The notes beneath the pieces are model-generated. The model was not told the DNA's origin, searched no databases, and saw nothing but the letters and a program-made list of their open reading frames with translations. The position numbers and the translations under genes are program-made. A stretch of 51,891 nucleotides of DNA, counting the filler, from Stramenopiles sp. TOSAG23-6 (lineage: Eukaryota): assembly GCA_900128565.1 (NCBI GenBank). It is 2 parts of 2 records of this genome, joined end to end, with 100 filler letters (N's around TTAATTAATTAA, not from the genome) between each part and the next. Parts side by side here need not be neighbours in the genome. Positions count along the whole stretch, not along the records: positions 1 to 25,962 come from LT635990.1; 1 more part is not named here. One strand, 5' to 3'. Each line of letters starts with the position of its first letter. The stretch's first letter is position 1. Shown here one piece after another: positions 1 through 8,883 of the stretch.

Positions 1-53
1 ACGAAATTTCCTACGAAAAAAACAAATCGAATTTGAAAAAAAATAAAACACAC
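1..53 (-). mobile_element. Element intron, 5' part only (cut by window edge); donor AT|GTGTGTTTT
   Basis: Reverse complement reads GTGTGTTTTATTTT...TTCGTAGGAAATTTCGT, matching the 5' half of the family. Confidence 0.75.
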
Positions 54-1639
54 ATGGTTCTACTAAAGAAAAGAGTGTTTCACCATATATGACCACTACC
101 GATGTACCATTTTCAAGGTGAGCACGGAGAAAAGAGTCAAGTATTATGCAAAAATATGTCAAATTTGAAATTTCTAAGGTACAAAACTTTTCGATTTTCT
201 AGGGAAAAAAAAATAAATAAAAAGTTGACAAAACTTTTCAATTTTCTAGGGGAAAAAAAAAAAATAAAAAGTTGACAACGTACAAATTCACTGCCATTAA
301 TGAGAACTCGATCTTTACGCCGTTGATCAATTACGCTAGCAACCTTTCGGGAACTCACTTCAAGTTCATGTTTCCACATACTCATCGCAAGATCCAAGCG
401 TAATAATAACATATCTTTAGTTACATACATGTATTTTAGAAAAATATTTCAAAAAAAATCTAAAAAACTTTGTTAGGTACAAATTTTTTATACTAAATTT
501 GATTTTTCTGTAAAAAAAAAAATAAAACATACATTGCAAGTGGAAACTTAATATTTGGTAGTTTTGGAATAATTTTTGTTAAAATTGTAGAACCTGACTG
601 AGCCGCATGCATCATATCGAATGTTTTCATTAAGTTTAACTTTGAATCTAATAACCGTTGAGTTGTAAAAACCATGTATTTTGGAAAAATATTTCAAAAA
701 AAAAAATTAAATTTTTGTTAGGTACAAAATTTCGTACGAAAAAAAATTCATACAAAAAAAAAAGAATAAAACATACATATCAACTATAGAACTATAATCA
801 TCACCTGAGCATATATTGTGAAAAATATTTTTTTTTTTGGAAAAAAAATTCGTTAGATACAAAATTTCGTACGAATTTGTTTTTGAAATTCATGATGAAA
901 ACGTACATAATTTACGCAGTTGAAGTTTCAATGCGGAGAGTTGCGCTTGATGACCCTTAGCTTCTTTTAGCTCTTTAGCCGCCATTTTGCACAGAGTATA
1001 ATTGATTATTTCATTTTCATGTCGTATACTACCGTGTATTGCATTATAGAACAAAGCTGATATGAATTTTTCGTGGTTCCTAATTTCTTGTTGGACTTCG
1101 ACTTCTTGTAGTATTTTTTCTACTTCTTGCAAAACATTATTTGGATCTGCACGTTCTGTTATCCTTAAAATTGGTTCTAAATGCTCAATTTTAGTTGAAC
1201 TCATTTTATTCGAACGTTTGATGTCTTCGAGAGATACTTTGGCTCGCGAAAGTAATACACAAATAAATTCATCATATACTTCTATTGGGCAATGTTTCTT
1301 ATTCGCAATTTCAATAGAAACTTCTAAACTTTGTACAAGAGAATACAAAGTATTTTGTAACATCTGTAGATCAGATAGAGAAGATTGATATCGCGGATGC
1401 ATGCTTTGAGTAGTCGATCGTGCCCTATCGATTTTTGTACTATATTTCCTATATATTTCGTCTTTTATATTAATTATGTCACTCAAATAGCCGGACATGC
1501 CACGTATTTTGGCAGAAAGATGCATCACAGCGGAAACTTCGGGTGGGAAATCAGCAATTCCAACGTCCATCCCAACTGAACGATGTAGCTGGAAATTCTC
1601 TAAAACGAATACAAGCAAAAAACTAAAAGGTACTCTCAT
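1..1639 (-). CDS. Hypothetical protein with probable signal peptide, 3'-partial; exons 1639-907, 810-777, 673-533, 428-284, 138-54, continuing off the window
   Basis: ORFs 890..1639, 493..675 and 137..430 join into one open frame (...LRKLC-SGDDYSSIVDM-VFTT...FPLAM-YVTK...GSEF-DSFLRAHLENG...) after removing four complete element introns. Hydrophobic N-terminus. No family recognised. Confidence 0.75.
139..283 (-). mobile_element. Element intron, 145 nt, GT...TT, with TT direct repeat
   Basis: gaatTT|GTACGTT...TACCTTAG...AATAC TT|gac. Removing 145 nt keeps the frame; removing only GT..AC (143 nt) gives a stop. Contains an internal ~47-nt duplication. Confidence 0.8.
429..532 (-). mobile_element. 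Element intron, 104 nt, GT...AT
   Basis: gcaAT|GTATGTTTT...TACCTAAC...AAAATAC AT|g. Joins ORF 493..675 to ORF 137..430 in frame. Confidence 0.85.
674..776 (-). mobile_element. Element intron, 103 nt, GT...AT
   Basis: gatAT|GTATGTTTT...TTCGTACGAA...TACCTAAC...CAAAATAC AT|g. Frame restored. Confidence 0.85.
811..906 (-). mobile_element. Element intron, 96 nt, GT...AT
   Basis: ttAT|GTACGTTTTCATC...TATCTAAC...CACAATAT AT|gc. Removes the in-frame stop at 890. Confidence 0.85.
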
Positions 1640-1936
1640 TTTCTTTTGGCAATTATACTACTAGTATATGTGAAGAATCCCGAGATCTTGATTCTTGAGA
1701 GGAAAGTTTCAAGTTTGGCTATACATACAACTTGAAAAGGTAGCAAACAAAAATTGTGTGTGTGACGTCATCATGTCACTCAGGATCATTTTCTCAATGC
1801 TCAATGCTCCTGTGTTATATTATACTTAATAGCAATTCGAATTTTTTTTAGGCTGTCAAATAAGAATGCTACTATCTACACTTACATTTAAGTAACCTCT
1901 TTAACAGAGAGCACTCGCAATTGTAATTGCCATCCA

Positions 1937-3739
1937 ATGGTCTCAGCTATCATTGAAAATGCAGTAGAATCACAAGTTAGCCGACCCATTACAGGGATAG
2001 TAGCAGTCCCCACTTCCACTAAAATAGCTAAACCAAAGTCTTCCGTTAAAAGTGTATCATCACTCGCAACTGGCGAATCTGCAAAACTTGGAGTTGTCGA
2101 GTCGACCGGACTTCGCTCTCGAGGATCAGCAAAGCAACGAACTTTTACGCCAATTCCAGGAACAAATGAGGTATACGTACATTGTGCATATGGTTGTGGA
2201 ACTACATATCGCACACCGGCTCAGCAATCGAAGGGGACGTACAGACCTCCACCAGACAAAGTTGGGAAAAAGGAATGGCACAAAGTTATCCGTCGACTAA
2301 ACTCCCACGAATCTCAACGATGCCAAAATATGCCCGCATATAAGACAGCAAAGTCGGTAAAAAAATCAAGAATTGCTAAGCATAGTTGTAAAGAAATTAC
2401 AAAAGTTAATATGAATCCGGCAGGAGCAACGGTCCAACGTCGTTTTCGTGTTGTTTCAGGAGGCTTGGCTGACCTATCAAACGTTGAGTCTGATCCAAAT
2501 AGATTGGCTACATTGAACAGCACAAAACCAATGTCAATTACTTCAATTATAGATAACCGTATGAAACCGAGATCTTCTTCTTTGGATTATAGCTCTGCAC
2601 AAATCTGGGATTCAGATTCAGCAAATCATAGCAATACGAAAATTCGAAATGCATTGATGCCCCTTCGGCAGTATAGTGTGCCTTGCAACAACACTTGGTC
2701 AAACATTCCCCCACCTCCACCATCTGATAAATCAGATCGTGCTTGTTTAGCTTGTTTGGATGGGAAAATTTGGTTGTCTCATGTACGTTTTATTTTATTT
2801 TTAATTTCGATTTTTGTTTCGTACGAAATTTTGTACCTAACAATTGTTTTTAGATTTTTTTTGAAATATTTTCCAAAATACATGAAGAATATCAATGGGT
2901 CAGTTTAAATTTACCGGAAGCACATCTCATGTCCATTTCTAGTGTGAAAGAAGCTATTTCCATGTTGTGCACACGGCAATGGTCTACTGGTGGTGATAAA
3001 AAGAACACAGACAATATATTAGCAGCACATTCTGAAAAAAACAATATAATTGCACAAAATGCGATTTTAAGTAAGGCGACTTTCAATAGCAAAGAACATC
3101 AAAACTCCGTTGATCGAATTATGGAAGGCATTCTCAAAGGAAACGCACAGAAAAATATACTTGCTACATCAAATAATGAAAACTATAAGACTTCAAATGT
3201 TTCAACTGGTCAGAATACAAAAAATACGAAAACAATACGTTTTCATCATTCATTTCAAATTCTATTTTTTTTCATACGAAATTTTGTACCTAACGAATTT
3301 GGAATTTCAAAATTTTTAACAATACATAAAGCAGTTAATAAGAGCGGAAAATCTGGAGAAGATTCAGTCTTAGCTTCATTACTTTTACAGTTGAGCCGAG
3401 CACCAAGAATAGGCGGAAGCGTTGATAATTCTCCAAGGGATATAATGAGAACATCTTCAATCGGATCTTATGGCTTACCAAGTAAATCAGATATTTCATT
3501 AAACATTTTAGAAGCTTCAAGAAATTCAAGAGACGCTACTCTTCCTGGGATTCCTAGTGATAAAATACATGTATGTTTTATTTTTTTTCAAATTCGAATT
3601 TTTTTCGTACGAAATTTTGTACCAACTGTCTGACATATCTTGTATTGGTAATAAACGTCTTCATATCAATGCATGTGGGGATTCCATAATTAATTTGGAA
3701 GGTAAAAACAAGAGACTTCGTCCAAGTTTACTTTCATAA
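1937..3739 (+). CDS. Hypothetical protein with putative C2HC zinc finger; exons 1937-2782, 2884-3234, 3328-3570, last exon uncertain
   Basis: ORFs 1937..2908 and 2929..3633 join (WLSH-EEYQWV) after intron removal. Contains C-x3-C...H-x4-C (HCAYGC...SHESQRC) within a basic region. The 3' end depends on a truncated element at 3571. Confidence 0.65.
2783..2883 (+). mobile_element. Element intron, 101 nt, GT...AT
   Basis: tcAT|GTACGTTTT...TTCGTACGAA...TACCTAAC...CAAAATAC AT|gaa. An internal TAG at 2851-2853 would also be in frame, so this copy alone is not diagnostic. Confidence 0.8.
3235..3327 (+). mobile_element. Element intron, 93 nt, AT...AT
   Basis: aca|ATACGTTTTCATC...TACCTAAC...ACAATAC AT|aaa. 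Length is 3n with no stop, so intron status rests on family similarity. Confidence 0.65.
3571..3636 (+). mobile_element. 3'-truncated element copy
   Basis: AT|GTATGTTTTATTT...TTCGTACGAAATTTTGTACCAAC, then lacks the T-tract and TTCCAAAATAC end. Confidence 0.65.
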
Positions 3740-3958
3740 ACGCAATATATATATCAATGACAGAGTGATATATTTCTATTTTATGATACTGAGTATGCTG
3801 AAAACGGTGTTCAATAATTGAATCTTTTGGCATTTCATTCAACGCATTTTGATTATATGACACGTATTAAAATCATAGTGCTGTGTATTGATACATATTT
3901 CAAATCCATCAATAAAAGGTTATTAGAAATTTTCTTTATACAAACTTATACTTTAAAA

Positions 3959-6122
3959 TTACCATTCCATATCCGCCTTTTTTATAACATCATCTTGGAA
4001 TATGTCATGAAGATGTTTTCTCATAGACGTGTACAACGACGCTAACATACTTTCAAGCCAGTCTTCTAATTTATTTGTCGATGAAACTCCAGGTATAGAT
4101 GAATGCTGTGGTGCTTCCCCTTCGTTGACCTGTGCATACAATTCAGTATATCGAGGTAAAACTTCCTCCCGAATCAAATCTTTGATTTTCTGTATTGGAA
4201 ATTCTCCCTTCAGTTTCTGTTCTATGTTATTTATATGAAGACTGATTGAGGGCGCAACAACACAAAGTCTTACCATAGAGTGCATTGCTGCCTTGAGAAT
4301 ATCCTCTTTCATTTTAGCTTCATTATTCCTACATAAGTCTACAATATTGCGATTTTCATCTTCCAAAGTTTTGCAACGTAAACGAAGACATTTTACATCT
4401 TTTTCCAGACGTCTTTCACTACTTTGAGATTCAGTATACTTTTCTTTCTCTAACTGCATATTTGCTATTTGATCCAAATACGTCTCAATCTGTAGTTTTG
4501 CTTGCTGATTTTTCCATTTAGCGTCATCTCGCTCCTCTTTAGATAGTACTAACTTTTTAGCAATGTCGGCAAACTTATTTTCATTATTTTCTTGTTTAGA
4601 TTGAGACGATATTTTTAATTCTCCAATTTGTATTTTCAACCGTTTTATTTCCATATCTTTTACTTTATGTCTCTGCCTTTCATTTCTCATCGTGTCTTTT
4701 GATGACTGTACCAATTTTCGTAATCCTTTGACTGTATTGTAAAAAATATTTAAAAAAAAAATCGTTAGGTATGAAATTTGGTACAAAAAGATAAATTCGA
4801 AATTAAAATGAAAACGTACCCTCTTGCTGTAGGAAATGGACTTCATCTTTTAACTCAAGATTTTTTTCATTTTGCTGTATATTATCTTTCTCAAACAATG
4901 AAATGCGTTCATCTTTTTGAATAGATTCGCACCGAGATGTTTTTAATTGAAGTTCAAGTAATTCAATAATTGTCTGTTTTTCGTCTAATTCCATTCGTAG
5001 TTTTTTATTAGCAGCCAACAATTTTTCAATTTCATTTGCTTGGTCCCGATGTTTATCAGTGGCCTTGTCATTCGCTTCAATCATTGATTCTCCCATTATA
5101 GCTAACTTCTTGCACAAACTATTTCTCTCATTATCAATTTGCTTTTGATATGCCTCGTCTATTTTATATTTTTTTTCATTTTCTATTTTAATTATTTTTG
5201 CTGTTTCTTGTGCTGTTTCTTGTGCTGTTTCTATTTGACGAAGTTTTTGATTACTTATTCTAAGTTTTTCTTGCATCTCAGAAAGATCTCGATGGAGCTT
5301 TTTGTTTCCAGCTACTAAGTTTGCATTGTTCTTCGAAAGCTGAGAATTATTTTGAGTTATTTTCCGAATATTTGCTTTGAAATTTGCACATGTAACACAA
5401 TCTCTCTTCTTTGGTGTCGGGGCTGATTGCGGTCGCCCGCTTGCCGATATCCTGAAACCTCCTCCGACAGCAAGTTTTTGACCTCTAGTACCTCCGAAAT
5501 ATGAGTTAGAAGGATGATTATCCAGTGCAATTCGTTCTAGTCTTTTGACTTTTCGCTTCAGAAATAAATTTTGTTGTATTAGTTTGTCTCGATCTATATC
5601 GTCTTGTAAGCCCTGTACTTTGAGAAATCCATCTGAAAATTGTTCTACTCTTGATTTTTCAGCACGTCCAAATACATCTACTAATGAATCTTGTAACTCG
5701 AAACCATCTTCGCTACTCATATGATTTCTATTTGCTATTGGGTTGAAAAATCTATGTCTTGGATCAAGCAGTCTCACTGCACCACTTTTTGATTTTATAT
5801 TTGTTGTTGGCATATTAACTTGTTGCTTCTCTGATCGCCAACTTTGATTTGCTGTGAGAGGTCTTTTTTGTATTTGTTTCTTTTTTTTTAGGCGTGACTT
5901 TTCGAGATTCTTAAGGGTAGTACTTTGAACTTTCGTCTTATGACGATTGTACCGACTGACCTGTTTTTGCTTTGGTTGACTCAGTCGAGACCACTTATCA
6001 ACTTTCTTCTTTGCTTTTACCACCCGGATTCGATTCTTCGTAGATTTATTGGTTTTTGGGTTCAAAGAACGTTTACTCTCTCTCGGCTGAGTTATACCCA
6101 CAATTGACTTTGAGACAAGCAT
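3959..6122 (-). CDS. Coiled-coil protein; exons 6122-4820, 4731-3959
   Basis: ORFs 4803..6122 and 3959..4846 join in frame (QQE-VKGLRK) over an 88-nt GT-AG element intron. K/E/Q-rich heptad character. Confidence 0.8.
4732..4819 (-). mobile_element. Element intron, 88 nt, canonical GT...AG
   Basis: gaGG|GTACGTTTTCA...TACCTAAC...TTACAATAC AG|tc. Frame restored. Confidence 0.9.
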
Positions 6123-6559
6123 TATCTTGTACCACAGTCACTTCAACTTTTCAATATGATTAGTAATTTGAGAAATTTCTATTTTCAGCCAGTCAATGGT
6201 ATTTAAATCGAAGCATCTTTCGATGAAATAATGATGGTACTCCAATGTAACATAAAAAGAAGATAATCAAGATTCAAGAGACTACGAGGTACCTATACAA
6301 GTGACGGAAAAATGACAAAATTTAACGGATATTGGAAATCCCGTAACTGTATTCCATTGTCGGTTTATTATATGAAATAGGATCTTGCATATTATACGCA
6401 CAAGATTCGTATACACTATAGCTATACAAGGATTAGCTTCACTATATAAACAGCATACGCTCCACCAAATACTCATAAATATTACACATTTGTTTGCAAC
6501 ACTAATTTCTATTTAATGCGTACGAATTGAGGCAATTATTTTCAGTAAAACTCACAAAA

Positions 6560-8755
6560 ATGGTTGGCTCAAAATTAAGTTCTATGGCTGCGCCTTCCGC
6601 GGAAGAAAAACATCGCTGGAGTAATTTGTTAAATTTTGTAGAAAGCGGACAAGGCGGTTTAGGATTTGATCCACTTCATTATGTAGAAGAATTGAAAAAG
6701 AGTACAGATTATATTCCTGAAGGAATGGAACTGAACACCATTGAGGATAGTTACCAGGAGAATATGACCGACACCTTACTTGATAGTTTCTTTGAAAAGC
6801 TAAGAGTTTCTACCCCAGAATTATCTAATAGTGATTCTGTGCATACAACTACTCCAACTGATGAAGAATATCCCATAAATGCGTCACTTTTTGAAAATAC
6901 GGATACAGAAACGGCGCAATCATCAGCTGAGAACTTTAGGCTAAATAATTGGGAACAAGAAAAACCAGTACACAAAGTAATGTCATATGGAGCAAGTACT
7001 CGAGGAGATGTATCTCAACTTGATGGTGAATTACTAAGCCCTGCATTGAATACACGTCATCAACATGCCCGTATTCCGGATAAAATAAGTGTTTCAGTTA
7101 AAATACCAATACCAAGAGGTAACCAAGGTGGTTCGTCTCAAAGAAACACCGAGACTGATGTTGAGGAATTTATTCAAGGAAAGTTATACAGCAATGAAAA
7201 CTCCAAAGATGTTTTGGATACACAAAACACTACTCTAGAAGTACGACATCAGACTTATCAACACAGGATGCGTGAGGAGCAGAATCGACTTCATCAGAAT
7301 AGGATAAAGGTATGTTTTATTTTTTTAATTTCGAATTTATGTTTCTTTTTCGTACGAAATTTTGTACCTAACGATTTTTTTTTGAAATATTTTTCCAAAC
7401 TACAGGGAGCTCATCGCAGTACTAGGAAGCAACCACTTGAATTATGCTCCTCCACTTCTATTTTCCGTACCAAAAAAACAATTACACCCAGTAAAAATAA
7501 TTCAGTCGATCTGTCTAATGCAGTATCTAACTTGGAATACAAGAATTTCGGTGAAATATCGACTACACCATCGTTAGAATTTATTACACAAAAACAAATT
7601 GAAGCAAATTTCACGCAAAAGAAAAAAAATCGAATACCTAAATTATCTTCAATGTTTTCGGAAACTTTCACAGCTGCTACACCTAAAATCGAAGCAAGTA
7701 TGGCAGTAACACCAAGAATAGACCGACCACATAAAGGTTATAGATATGTATGTTTTATTTTTTTTTTATGATTTTTTTTTTCGTACGAAATTTTGTACCT
7801 AATATATATATTTTTTTTTTTGAAATATTTTTCCAAAATATATTTCAATGGTGAAGTTTTAACAAAAAATGTAATAAATACAAAACAAGTTGATGATTCA
7901 AAAGGTAAATTAACATCCACAATTACCCATGGAGAAATAATTGAAAATACTAATATTGATGTAATTACTCAACTAAGATCTGCAAATGAGTCCCTTCAAA
8001 AACAGATAATATTATTGAAATCAGAAAAAGAAATGAAAAACTTTCGAATAGTTGAGAATACCGAAATTGCAGATTTAAAAAAACAAATAATCTCTACGAA
8101 AGAAGAGTTATGTAAAAGTTTAGAGGAAAATAAATCAAAGCAAGAAGAGATTTTTCGTATCAAAAGAGACAGCACCATGAAAGAGAGTGAACTTAGTACA
8201 CAACTTAGTACTGTTGTAGCGGCTCTCGATAGGGCAAACAAATTAATTGCAACAATCAAATCAAAAAAGCTGCATGTAAATCATAACTCTTTAATAGGAT
8301 TGCCTAAAGTACAGGAATCATTCAGTACATTTCCTACCAGTCTAAATGGATTGCCGAAGGTGCAGGAATCATTCACTTTAACTCCAGCGAGTATAGCTCT
8401 GAATCTAGATAAACAACGAATAAAAGCTCTCACAAAAGAATTTCACTTGGATGTGAAATCTTATGTAAGTAAAAGAAGTGAAAGAAGTGAAAAATTATCA
8501 AATGTTATCACTTCTTTGTCAGAAACAAGTAGAGAAGTAACTAGGAGATTGATGAATAGGATGAATGATTCTGTCTTGCCAAGTTATAAGGATACATACC
8601 CTAATATTCACGACAAAACATCAAGTGATCCAAGTTATAGTAGTTTGGATGATAGAATTAATGGATATAGATCACGACCTACAATGGTAAAGAGAAAAAA
8701 ATATTCATTTAGGAAACCACGCCCAGTTCAAGTGAAAGCGTTTACATATCTCTAA
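6560..8755 (+). CDS. Hypothetical protein with C-terminal coiled coil; exons 6560-7309, 7406-7747, 7844-8755
   Basis: First ATG at 6560. ORFs 6527..7771 and 7793..8755 are in the same frame and are separated by an element carrying a stop. Confidence 0.75.
7310..7405 (+). mobile_element. Element intron, 96 nt, canonical GT...AG with AG direct repeat
   Basis: aaAG|GTATGTTTT...TTCGTACGAA...TACCTAAC...CAAACTAC AG|gga. Confidence 0.9.
7748..7843 (+). mobile_element. Element intron, 96 nt, GT...AT
   Basis: tAT|GTATGTTTT...TACCTAAT...CAAAATAT AT|ttc. Removes the stop ending at 7771. Confidence 0.85.
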
Positions 8756-8883
8756 ATTTTAGTTTATTTGTACCGATCAAAATAAATTTTGAAAATTCTT
8801 ACATTTCAGATTTTCGTTTTATAGTTCCTTTGTTGACACATACTTTTTCCCAACCAGCAGTTACAATGCTAGAAGTTCGTTTG

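Noticed and set aside
429-906. Clustered repeats with unique spacers resembling a CRISPR array
   Set aside because: Repeats are ~100 nt and variable, the spacers are in-frame exons, the context is eukaryotic and no cas genes are present.
2781-2881. Reading the elements as U12-type AT-AC introns
   Set aside because: An AT...AC register is formally possible, but the U12 donor ATATCCTT is absent, branch-to-end spacing is longer than typical for U12, and TT- and AG-flanked copies do not fit.
6130-6520. Possible ncRNA or small ORF in the divergent intergenic region
   Set aside because: No tRNA, snRNA or rRNA signature recognised, and the 64-aa ORF has no coding features.
7310-7405. Recurring peptides FFVRNFVPN, SYEILYLT and RTKFCT in many ORFs as a shared protein motif
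   Set aside because: They are the three-frame translations of the element core, not protein sequence.
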